This document shows, piece after piece, positions 52,567-64,000 of a stretch of 64,000 bases of DNA. Source of the stretch: Eledone cirrhosa (Eukaryota); the NCBI GenBank assembly GCA_964016885.1, contig OZ024743.1, positions 120,342,001 through 120,406,000 of the forward strand, given 5' to 3'. A program made the position numbers and the translations under genes. Numbering within the stretch: position 1 is the stretch's first letter; every line of letters begins with the position of its first letter. The notes under the pieces are model-generated. The model was given only the letters and a program-made list of their open reading frames with translations. It had not been told where the DNA came from and did not search any database.

Positions 52567-53332
52567 AATAGGGGGGAGACTGCCGAGGGACATTCCTGGA
52601 GAAAGCCCATTAAAAAGCCACAGTGACCCTGACCACCAGGGCAAGTGCCCTCTCCCAGTTTTCTACCTTTAATTTACAGACACATACTCAGAGTAGGCAT
52701 ATTCACTCGGGCCATTTTTGCCTCTCTCACCCATCTTTCAACAAAATGCTGGGAAGAGAGCACTTCCCTTTCTACCCTGATTTTCCTTTTTAAATAAAAT
52801 TAGGGCATCACCGAAGAGTAAGTGCTCGTCTTCAGCCCTTTCAAACGTGCCCACCATACTATCTCTTTCGCCATGGCCACCAGACAGATAAAAACTGCCT
52901 GCCCTTCCCGGCTAAAGGAAGAGGGCGGGGCAATCCTCACGATGGACTCAGCTGATAGCTGGATCCGTTCTACACGCGACAGCAGGTGTTCGATAAACCC
53001 ATAAGTCAGCAATGCTCGGACACTGGACGAGTGCGTGCAGGACGGTTTCGTCGCCCTGCGCGCATCTCGGACATGCCCGGCTGACGGCACCTCCATGCCT
53101 ATAGAGTTTATCCCGAACTGGCAAGGCTCCTCAGCAGCACTGCCAGGCCAGAGGTCCCGGCCCGAAAGTTCTTCCGAAGAGATTGGCTAGTTGATTTTCG
53201 TCGACGCCTAGAGTTTCCCCAAGTACGTCGTCGCTCTTCCCCTCCACTAATCCTCTATAGAACTGAACATACAACTGAAAATAACAAACCTTTGCGGAGC
53301 TCACGATGATACGATTTACTACGTAGTTCGCC
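52567..53332 (-). mobile_element. Internally deleted Tx1 derivative (copy 3): about 70-nt 5' end joined to the ORF2 3' end
   Basis: 53264-53332 resembles the 5' terminus of copy 2 (49370-49432). 52567-53263 matches the ORF2 C-terminus and 3'UTR, with small deletions. Confidence 0.88.
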
Positions 53333-53386
<54 letters not shown>

Positions 53387-53387
<1 letters not shown>

Positions 53388-55303
53388 TTTTCTTTATTAA
53401 CCACAAAGGTTTACATAAAGTAGACATTAAGGACAGTACAGGACAATACAGGACGGTACAAATGGACATTTCTGCGTGTAAAAAAAACAGAGGATGAAAT
53501 AAAATAACAAAGAAAAATTCCCCAATAGGGGGGAGACTTCCGAGGGACATTTGTGGAGAAAGCCCATTAAAAGACCACAGTGGCCCTGACCACCAGGGCA
53601 AGTGCCCTCTCCCAGTTTTCCACCTTTAATTTACAGACACATACTCAGAGAAGGCCCATTCATTCGGGCCATACATGCTTCTCTCACCCATCTTTCAACA
53701 AAATGCTGGGAAGAGAGCACTTCCCTCTCTACCCTGATTTTCCTTTTCAGATGAAATTTGAAAAAGTTAATCAGGGCATCACCGAAGAGGTAAGTGCTCG
53801 TCTTCAGCCCTTTCAAACGTGTCCACCATACTATCTCTTTCGCCATGGCCACCAGACAGATAAAAAATGCCTGCCCTTCCCGGCTAAAGGAAGGGGGCGG
53901 GGCAACCCTCACGATGGACTCAGCTGATAGCCGGATCCGTCCTACACGTGACAGCAGGTGTTCGACATAAACCCACAAGTCAGCAATGCTCGGACACTGG
54001 ACGAGTGCGGTTAGGACGGTTTCGTCGCCCTGCGCGCATCTCGGACATGCCCGGCTGACGGCACCTCCATGCCTGTAGAGTTTATCCCGAACTGGCAAAG
54101 CTCCTCGGTAGCACTGCCAGACCAGGGATTTCTGGAAGTTGTCCATAGGCCCCGGCCCGAAAGTCCTTCCGAAGAGATTGGCTAGTTGATTTTCGTCGAC
54201 GCCTAGAGTTTCTCCAAGTACGTCGTCGCTCTTCCCCTCCACTAATCCCCTATAGAACGCCAAGGTGGAGTTTCCACCGATCACATTGCCCGATTGGTCG
54301 AGGGCTGTGAGCGCCTGAAGACATTCCAGTCTCCAAGCGCTCCCTCTCGGTCTTCGCTTGACCCAGGACTGCAGCTCCGTCAAGGAGACGAGCTGGGGAA
54401 AAACGCTTCTAGCAAACGGCGACCACACCTGATCACCGTCGAGGAAGAGGTGGAGATGTCGTAGCCTGAGCGCGTGTCTGCGCATCATCAGCCACGGCAT
54501 GCCCAGCCCTCCACGTAGCGGGTGTTGACAGCAGATGGACCGCCTGACCATCGGAGCGCGTCCCTTTCACAAGAAGCGAAAGAGCAAACGCTCCAGCGCA
54601 GTCAGGCGGGGCTTAGGACAAGGTACGACGGTCAGGCGGTAGTAAATGACGGATGCGATGTACGCATTCGCCACCTCCGCTCGACCTTTCAGGGATATCT
54701 TCCTCTCGGCCCATTTCTGGGTGAGAGAAGCCACCCTGCTCGTCACCTCGTCCCAGTTTTTGTCCGTCTGGAGGTCTGGACCGAACCAGACCCCTAGCAA
54801 TTTAACCGGTCCGTCCGTCCAGCGCCCGACGACGCTGTTGGACGGCATGGACCTGCCTCTCCAGGTGCCGAGCTGCAGGCCCACTGACTTTTCCTGGTTG
54901 ATCATTGCTCCTGTCACCGCTTCGTATTCTCTTAGTGTAGTGCCGATCGCCTCGATGTGTTTGGCGTTCGACACCACTACGGTGACATCGTCGGCATATG
55001 CTGACACGGATCTTCCGCATCCTAGTTCGCGCGGGACCCCCTCAACGTCTCCAGTTTGTGCAGTAATGGCTCGAGAGTCAATACGTACAATAGGGACGAG
55101 AGGGGACATCCTTGGCGGACCGAGCGCATGATGTTGAACGGTTCCGAAAGGTGACCGTTCACTCTCACTACAGAGCAGATGTCGCTGTGCATGGCAGCGA
55201 TCCAGCCTCTGAAGACGGGCTGAAAGCCAGCCGCCCTCAGGACTGCCGCTAGGTAACGATGGTCGACCCTATCGAAGGCTTTCGACTGATCTAAATTGAT
55301 CAA
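53387..55303 (-). mobile_element. 5'-truncated Tx1-clade LINE, copy 4
   Basis: Runs from INLDQSKAFD to the 3'UTR, with frameshifts. (AAT)n on both sides. Confidence 0.93.
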
Positions 55304-55320
55304 ATAATAATAATAATAAT

Positions 55321-55508
55321 AATTGTTTCTACGTTAGGCACAAGGCCAGCAATTACCCAGTGCATTACTGGTACTTTATTTTATCGACCGTAAGGATGAA
55401 AGGCAAAGTTAGCTTTGGCGGGATTTGAACTCAGGATGGCAAGGACCGTAACTCTATACGTCAAAGCATGGCGTCCGACCCTGTACCAATACTGCCAATC
55501 CACCGCCC
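55321..55508 (-). mobile_element. Full-length SINE flanked by (AAT)n on both sides
   Basis: Reverse complement reads GGGCGGTGGATTGGCAG...GAGTTCAAATCCCGCC...CCTTGTGCCTAACGTAGAAACAATT(ATT)n. Confidence 0.92.
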
Positions 55509-55563
<55 letters not shown>

Positions 55564-55564
<1 letters not shown>

Positions 55565-55593
55565 TTCAACTTTGTATTGTACACTGTATATCC

Positions 55594-55625
<32 letters not shown>

Positions 55626-58600
55626 TATAAATGGAAGAAGAAGAACCCCCCCCTCCTCTCCTCTGGCTACACTATATAGGACAGCTAAACTCACCAACAC
55701 CAGAAACTAGATACACCACCCACCCCATCATCTGTGTACACTAAACACAACAGCATTTTCACCTTCACCGCCACCGCTCACTACGGCCATCATTACCACC
55801 ACTATCCCATCACCGCCGCCACCACCCCTTGACTCCTTCACTGCTGCTGCCACCGCTACAGCACCATCACTATAGTAATACGGTCGCATCATCGCCACCA
55901 CTGCCTCGGTATCGACATCACCACCACCACTGTCTCAGTATCGCCAACGCCGCCCTCTCCCACTTCTCCCTGCTGGCTGCTACTACTTCCACATTATAGA
56001 ATCCCTACTACTAACAAAGAGGAAGGCATCAAAATATATAGATAGACTCAAAAGAAAAAAGAAAAAACAAACAACAAAACCAAAGCAGCACAGCAACAAC
56101 AGCAAAAAACGAGAAAAACAAACAGAGAAAAACAAAAACAAAAAAAGAAACCCCAAAAACGTAAAGAAAATAAGAATGAAGAGAGAAGCAGGCGGACGGA
56201 CAGAGAAGAGGGGGGAAAAAGTAAAACTTAAAAAACAAAAACTAAGTCAGACATTCGAATACTACATTACAATGAAACTTATGCTTATTCATTTTTGGGG
56301 CCCTTTCTGCCCGTGTGTTTGTTTTTTTATGTGTGTTCGTATACAGCGTGGTGATAATGCCACACAAGGGCCAAGTGGGATGGCGGATCCACAGATGGCT
56401 ATGTAAACATACATTCGCCAATCCTCGATAAGAGTGTTTAAATATCGAACATAAACAGTTCGAATAACGGTGAAATGGAGACTAGAACGTCATGTGACAG
56501 ACTCTCACCCAACAGGTGCCCCCTGGCTCAGCAGCAGGAACCTGACTGTCAACCAAATACTGCTGATGTTGGAGGAAGAAGAAGAAGGAAAGGGGCCAGA
56601 ACCAACTGGACGAAAGAATTGAATAGAACTGTTATGCAATGCTACCTGAAAAGTAACCCCAAGGAGAGGGGCTACAGGAGACGGATGCATAACATCTGGA
56701 ACGAGATTGGTTTATTTAAATTAGATGAACAAAAATTGGCCGGGCAGGCTCGGGTAATAAGAACTAATGGGTGGATAAGCGAGCTGGAACTGGAGGAACT
56801 GAGCAGAGAGAATGGCTTGGAGATGGCGGGTGTAGTATGCCAGACAAGCGAGCCGGTGGGAAATGAAGGTGAGGAGGTCCTGAGAACGGAGGAACCACCC
56901 GAAGCAGACAATGATCTGAATACTGAGATAAATAATACCTGGAACAGAGATACGGCCACTGAGGAGATGAATGCTGACGGGCTAGGACAAGATTCGGTTG
57001 ACATCCTAAATCTAGTGGTAGATGAATTGAACAATGATAGTGGGAGACCTATGAACCTAAGATTTGTAGACAGGAAAAAGTTAAAAGAAACAACAGCTAA
57101 GGTAAACAAAGTCATCCCATACCTTGAGGCGAGGAGTCTTCACCAGTGCAACAATATCCTCAAAGCAACAGCAAATACGGTGAGGAAACTACTTGGTATA
57201 AAAGCGAGAGGAAACAACAGACAAGAAAGAGCAGAGCCGTGGTGGAAGAAGCGACTGAGTGGGCAAATCGGGGAAATGAGAAATGACATAGGAAAGCTTG
57301 AGTCACTACTGAATGGGACACTAAAAAACATAGGCACTAAAAATAGACTGGAAATAAAATACAAAACTAGGAGTAAAAAGCTAAATATTATCATAGAGGA
57401 ATTGAAGCAACGCATTGTAGCAAAGAGTGCCAAAATCAGGCGATACGAGAACAGAGTCAGTCAGTATAAACAGAACCGCATGTTCGACAACAACCAGAAG
57501 ATGCTGTTTGGACAGCTTGAGGGGAAAGAAAGAGGCAACGACTTGATCCCTGGGGCGGAACAAGCTAAAACATTCTGGAGAGGAATATGGGAGCAGGATG
57601 TTAGACACAATGCCCAGGCAGGGTGGATTGAGACAGTACAGAGGGAGATCGGTGAGAAGGCACAACAACAGACTGATTTGAGTATCACAGTTGAAACTCT
57701 TAAGGGGCAAGCCAAAAAACTATAAACTGGAAATCACCAGGCCCAGATGGTGTGCAGGGGTATTGGATTAAACATTTAACATCCCTCCACCCGAAGCTGA
57801 CGGCCATGTTCAATGACTGCTTGGTGTCGGGTGAGGTGCCAGAGTGGTTGACAAAAGGTACCACAGTTCTGATAATGAAAGACCGAATCAAGGGTAATGA
57901 TGTTACCAACTATAGACCTATCACATGTCTGCCCGTAATGTGGAAACTGTTGACGAGCATTGTGTCTGAGGAAATCTACCATCACCTCCACACAAACAAC
58001 TTGTTACCGGACGAACAGAAAGGATGCCGAAAGAAGTCACGTGGTACAAAGGACCAGTTGCTTATTGATAAGATGGTAATGGGGAATTGCAGGAGGAGAC
58101 ACACTGATCTTGCCATGGGATGGATAGACTACAGAAAGGCATTTGACATGGTGCCTCATTCCTGGATGACCAAAAGCCTGGAGGTCTTCAGGGTGGCAGA
58201 TAACATCAGACAGTTGCTGGGCAGGAGTATGGGGTCCTGGGAGACAGAGTTGACATCAACTGGAGTATCCTTGGGAAGCGTGAAGATCAAGAGAGGTATC
58301 TTCCAGGGAGATAGCCTGTCCCCTCTGTTGTTTGTCCTTGCCCTGATGCCCTTGACCATTATGCTGCGAAAAGTGAGAGCAGGATACAAGTTGGGAAGGG
58401 GAGAGCTTACCATCAATCACCTCCTCTTCATGGACGATCTTAAGCTCTTCGGGAAAAGTGAGAAGGAGTTGGATGTGCTTGTTGACACTGTCCGTATTTT
58501 CAGCAGTGATATATGTATGCAGTTTGGTATTGGTAAATGTGGAGTCATTGTGATGAGGAGGGGTAGGTTGAGCAGAAGTAACGGGATCCAGATACCAACA

Positions 58601-59940
58601 GGTGAGATGATAAAGGAAATTGACTCTGAGGAAGGATACAAGTATTTGGGCGTTCTGGAGGCTGATGGCATAAAGAACAAAAAAATGAAGGAATTGTTAA
58701 GAACTGAATACATTCGGAGAGTAAGGAGCGTATTGAAGTCACATCTGAACAGCAGAAATGCCATAAGCGCAGTAAATTCCCGAGCTGTGTCTATTATTAG
58801 GTACAGTGCTGGAATTCTGAGATGGAATGTTGCTGAACAAAAAGAAATGGATAGGAAGACTAGGAAGCTATTGACTATCTACAACATGTTCCACAAGAGG
58901 AGTGATGTCGATAGACTCTACCTAAGGAGATCTGAGGGTGGAAGAGGTCTTATCAGCATAGAGGACTGTGTTCAGATGGAGAAAAACAACCTATACAAAT
59001 ACGTGACCTATAGTAAGGAGCCAATGCTCAGAACTGTACTGAAGGAGGGGACAGTAGGCCAGGGGATATCCAAGGAGGAAATAACATCAAGGAGGAAGAG
59101 CAGCCTTAAGGGAAAATCCCTTCATAGTACCTTCTTTGAGAAAACTGAATTTAGAGATCCACAGACATGGAACTGGTTGAGAAGAGGAGACCTCAAAAAG
59201 GCTACAGAAGGAATGCTAATGGCTGCGCAGGAGCAGGCCCTCAAAACGAAGTGGTTGAAGCACCATATCTACAAGGAGGAGGCTAGCCCACTGTGCAGGA
59301 TCTGTGGAGAGAGAGAGGAGACTGTGGCTCACATTGTGTCCGAGTGTAAACACCTAGCCCAGACCCACTATAAGGGCTGGAGACACGATGTGATGGGCAG
59401 GGTGATCCACTGGCACCTGTGCAAAGTAAACAATCTACCACATTCTGAGAAATGGTATGAGCATAGGCCAGAGGCGGTGATGGAGAACAGTCAGGTGAAG
59501 GTGCTGTGGGATTTTAGGATACAGACGGACAAAAAACTGGAACACAATAGACCTGACCTGGTGGTTGTGGACAAAGAAAAAAGATCGTGCCTGATTGTGG
59601 ATGTGGCCTGCCCGTTCGACACGAGAGTGCAAGAGAAGGAGAGGGAGAAAATTAACCGATACCAGGACCTAAAGTGGGAGGTGAAAAGGATTTGGAACTG
59701 CCATGAAGTCAAAGTGATCCCGATTGTCATAGGCGCACTGGGGACTATCTCCAAAGGTTTCCAGGGATGGTTAAAGAAAATCGGCCCCTTCACGCTCTTT
59801 GGAACGCTTCAAAAGGCATGCTTGCTTGGAACAGCAAGAACCCTCCGATACGTCCTGAATATCTGAGGCTGCAGGTAGTGGCTTGATATTCAATCCAACG
59901 GACTTTCCAGTTAACCAACATCAATGACTGAGATTCAAGG
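55564..59940 (+). mobile_element. R4/Dong-clade element, copy C (full length, one frameshift)
   Basis: A 5' region of about 900 nt is partly shared with copy A. ORFs 56475-57725 and 57752-59866. Tail (AAC/AAT)n at 59941-59982; (AAT)n upstream at 55510-55563. Confidence 0.93.
56475..59866 (+). pseudogene. R4/Dong ORF: RT, CCHC and PD-(D/E)xK restriction-like endonuclease, with one frameshift at about 57721
   Basis: YRPITCL, EQKG, DYRKAFD, QGDSLSP, FMDD, YKYLG, CRICGEREETVAHIVSEC, RHD, RPDLVVVD. Reads aaactataaactgg where copies A and B have aaactaaccaactgg. Confidence 0.92.
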
Positions 59941-59952
59941 AATAACAATAAC

Positions 59953-59984
<32 letters not shown>

Positions 59985-60095
59985 GTATAACCGAAGTTGC
60001 AGCTGCGAGTAGCAGATTCGCATCTGATTTTCAAAGGCTGTCACAAAGGACCCAATGAGAGAGTAATCAATAAATTACTCCTCATATTAAACACA

Positions 60096-60655
60096 ATAAG
60101 TTAGGTAATAGTGACACAATGAAAATTGCGACCAGAGGCATGTTGCCACCTTAATACAACAACAACGAAAAATGCAGACAGGTTAAAGACGAACATGGAC
60201 CTGATCGTAATTGTTTGTTTGAAAGCCCAGGCTGTGAATAAATTCCGTTGTTCACACTTCTGAATGTACCCGCCAAAACCCGGATGTCACCTTCCTCTTA
60301 TTTTGAGAAAGAACACGTGACCTCAACCTCACTGCCAAACTTACTACTACAGTCGAAAGGCAATGTTGTCTCATTACCCATGGAAAGTGGATAATGGAAC
60401 GAAAAAGCTGTTGAAGAAAGGAAATCTTCGTTCCATCTTAGGATACATTATTGATTTGCATATACATTACGCAACTTGGAGTGTAACTTCCGAGTTCCCA
60501 GAAACCTATCGAAGATATTTATCGATTAATATCTAATATCTATCGATCAGGTCCAGATTCGTTTTCAACTTGTTTGTATTTTTCGTTAGTGTAGTATTAA
60601 GGTGACAACATGTCCCTGGTCGCATTTTTCATTGTGTCACTATTACCTAACTTAT
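60096..60655. repeat. About 60-bp inverted repeats bounding about 440 bp (MITE-like)
   Basis: ataagttaggtaatagtgacacaatgaaaa...caccttaatac (60096-60156) versus gtattaaggtg...ctattacctaacttat (60594-60655). Confidence 0.75.
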
Positions 60656-60663
60656 ATATATAT

Positions 60664-63140
60664 CAGTGGCGAAAGGTAACTTGGAAAGCAGGGCATGCAG
60701 TCCAATCGACATTGCGGAACACGGGGCTGTGGACTCTTCCCCCTCCTTCGCAAAATTATTCGTCGTCCTCTCCTTCATTTGTAAATGTGATATGAGCTAA
60801 TTTTGATATGAGAAAATGCACATCTACCAACAGAGTACACTTCAGGCTTGATACCCCTCTCCACTAGACATGATGTCTCCTTATTAGTAACAGCCTGGCG
60901 ACGAGCCTGTTATGATATTTATTACCTGAGAAATATGAGTAAATAATAAAACCTTCAAATAACATTTAAAATTCATTTGTAAATCAGTTCAATTCTTCAT
61001 TTGTTTTTGGCAAATTCATCGATCACTTTACTATAAAATGTATCAGCAGCAAGCTCCACCTTCATCTTCTTCAAAAGGTCTTTATCAACGGAAATGAAGA
61101 CCAAATTACACAATCTCTCTTCACTTTCAGAACACCTCATATAATTATTCACTCGCTTTAATGAAAAACAAATCTAACACATGAAGCAGATGTGGCAGGT
61201 ATGGTCAGAATCAGGCGTAATAATTTTGTTACTTCTGCCAGAGCTTGATTTAGTTCAAGATCCAGTATTATGGCAGCGACTTTCAGGATGCTTGACGCTT
61301 GCTTTGCAAAACCTGCATAAACTGATTTCAGCTCGCATTTCAATCCATCCAAATCCAATATGTTTATATAGACACCCAAGGATGAAAACGCTTTCATCGG
61401 AAATTTTCTTTTGTAGGCGTGAAAAAGCTTCAGATTCAACAATTCCAGAAATCTGAACTCTCCCATTGTTTTAAAATCTTTGCTCAACGCCAGCAATAAC
61501 TTCATCCAAAATGTTGTTAAACAAAGTTCTTAAAGCAGCTTCTGGTTATATCGACCACGCTTCTCTGGAGGTTCAGCAACACCATCAATAAAACACCGGC
61601 AATAGAATTCTTCAAACTTGTTGTTCTAGATATCAACCAATGGTTTCTGGAAGTTTTAAACCTCAGGAATGCACCTCGAAATATGAAGGGAACTTTTTTG
61701 AAGGATCAAAAACAGAATTTCTGAGTCACTCAATATGGCTTCAAAAACTACTAATAGAAATCTAAATTGAAAATCTTCTAGGATTGCAACGAATCCCCTT
61801 GTCTGTGCTAATTCTGAAGCATTCCAATCCTCTGGATTTTCTAATATTGTTGAAAATAGCTCAGGAAACTAATTTTATTGGATAAAATAGATACTTGTTG
61901 AAATGAATAATTCCAACGTGTCTCGAGTAATTTTGGAAATCGCCTTCCAACGATTTCATCCAATAGAGCTATTCAAGCCGTTGACTTGGAGAAAAATGTT
62001 GAAATTCCTTTTAAAGTTTGGAAGAAAATTCAACATTCACGAATACTTGAAGCTGATTGAGAGAGTACCAAATAAAGTGAATGCACAAAACAATGGACAA
62101 ATATGAAGTTCGCACCAAAAATGTCCTTTATTCTTGCTCGACATCGTTCAAATGTTCAGCCATCACGCTCGCTCCATCATAAGTTTGTGCAATGAATTTT
62201 TTTACCATAATTGAATTAATTAACCAATTTCCGAACTCCTGCAGCTCTTCTATTTTCTACTGACATCGACGTATCCCCCAAACCTCTCTTGAGGCTTTTC
62301 TTTCTCATCAACAAATCGTAAAACACATGATAATTGAGATTTCATTCGAAAATCCGTAGTCTCATCAAACAAAACAGCAACAAATGATGTTTTTTCGATC
62401 ATTGCCTTAATTTCACATTTAATTGTAGCAGCTATACAATTAATGATCTCGTTTTGAATATCACTTGAAAGCCCAGAAAATGTGCAGTTAGCATTTTTCT
62501 TCACGAAATCTAAATGTGATCTTAAACAATCATCGTATTCCGCTACATATGGCCAGAAAATTACCTTTATTGTTTGATTGTTCTGTTTCATCGTGTCCTC
62601 GAAATGATAATTTTTGACAGGCCAAAATTTCAATACAATGGATTAACCTTTTCAATATATTATGATTTTTCTCAACAGTTCTATAATGCAACTGAATCGT
62701 AGTTGCTTTCCAGTGAACGATCTCGGTATCAATTCGTTGTCGACCAATTCAGAGAAATTACGGAATTCAGGTGATTCAGAGATTTTTTGTGTCTTGTCAA
62801 AGCTGTAATCACATTGTTTAAATCATAGTAGCTGACAGTTGTCAATGTGTTCCTATGGTGACAAAATAACAGACATGGAAAACAACTTTTTGTTCAGAAT
62901 GAGATATCCTGCCATCCATTCATACTGTTCATAATCTTTGGAATCAAAATAACGATAACATTCCGTGCTGCCCCCTTTGGTTTTGGTTTTCAGTTCGAGA
63001 TTCGGTTTCTCTTTTCCGAGAATGATAATATTTTTTTTCTCTTCAAAGCTTCTTGTCGCAAAAGATCGAGAAAGTAGAGAGGAAACTGAGCTAATAGACT
63101 CTTTTTTGCCATCATGTCGGTAAATGAAAATGTGCAAAAT
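60664..63140 (-). mobile_element. Decayed hAT transposon (ZMYM1/DUF4371-type transposase)
   Basis: SSDIQNEIINCIA, FDETTD...QLSCVLRFV and LLRLILTIPATSASC motifs in broken ORFs. A CAGTGGCG terminus lies at 60664; the opposite TIR was not found. Confidence 0.85.
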
Positions 63141-63556
63141 GTTACAGGATATAATTTTTTAAATGAATCGAAAAAGAAATTTTTAAAAATAGCCGCGTGT
63201 ATGCTTTTTTTGCAGACCTTTAAAAAAAATAATTTGATATATTTAAAATATTAAAGTTTAAGGCATTGGAATGAATAAATGGATGAAAACTTGATCTTTT
63301 TAATCAGGGAAATTTCAACGGTTAGTCCCTAGCGTAAACTAGTTAATAAAAAATTTTGTGTACTAGCCACATGGTTTAAAATTGAACCAGACACAGAGAT
63401 ATGTTTATTTATTTATTCTTAGATACAGACATAGAGCAAAAAAAGTAAAATACATTTTTTGCTTTCTCTGAATGAACTCCCTTTTACACTAATAATTCAA
63501 AAGTATCGTTTCATAAAATAATATTGTGTGAGTCTCTGTTGGTGTATGTGTGTGTT

Positions 63557-63592
<36 letters not shown>

Positions 63593-63758
63593 GGTGTGTG
63601 TGTGTGTGTGTATGTGTGTGCGTATGTGTGTATGTGTGTGCGTGCGCGCGCGTGTGTGTTAGCCAGCAAGGATATTATAGCATGCATAGAAGAGGGGGCT
63701 ATGTAGCTTGTTTACAAATTATTCTAAGACACTAAGGGACGATATATATATATATATA

Positions 63759-64000
63759 CTAGCAGAAGTACCCGGCGTTGCCCGGGTGTAAGTCGACCTT
63801 TGCTCTGTTGTTAAAATGTGTGAAAGTTACTTTCCGCGCATCACAGGTGCAAAAACCATCGAACCTCAAGGAAAAAAAGAGGTTAGTAGACGCAGGTGTG
63901 TAATTGAGCATAAATAATGGATCAATTGTAGGTTCACAGTGTATGGTTGAAATTGTTCTTTGCACGACTGACGGAAGTCAAATTCACTTGAAATTGAATT
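63759..64000 (-). mobile_element. Helitron 3' end (the element continues beyond the window)
   Basis: Minus strand reads CCCGGGCAACGCCGGG hairpin-TACTTCTG-CTAG|T, adjoining (TA)n. Confidence 0.8.

Noticed and set aside
33441-59982. Telomeric retrotransposon array
   Set aside because: No (TTAGGG)n is present and ordinary interspersed repeats continue on both sides.

Overview
AT-rich, microsatellite-dense animal DNA, most likely an octopus or other coleoid cephalopod (inferred from the SINE family and repeat landscape). No host gene could be supported. 1-33 kb holds decayed LINE, hAT, mariner and Helitron fragments, SINEs, MITEs and many Penelope-like (PLE) remnants. These remnants are often fold-backs beside (TA)n tracts and carry minimal hammerhead-ribozyme-like motifs (about 11 loci). 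33.4-60.0 kb is a contiguous array of non-LTR retroelements in which all but one inter-element junction is an (AAT)n microsatellite. It has three R4/Dong-type RLE elements, all on +, and four Tx1-type APE elements plus two SINEs, all on -. One Tx1 copy has intact ORF1 and ORF2. The two full-length Tx1 copies share a near-identical ORF2 but have divergent 5'UTR/ORF1 modules. Both keep a potential 52-nt GT-AG intron that would fuse ORF1 to ORF2 in frame. The SINE shares a 3' motif and tail with the Tx1 element. The window ends with a decayed hAT transposon and a Helitron 3' end. All calls were made by eye, with no searches run.
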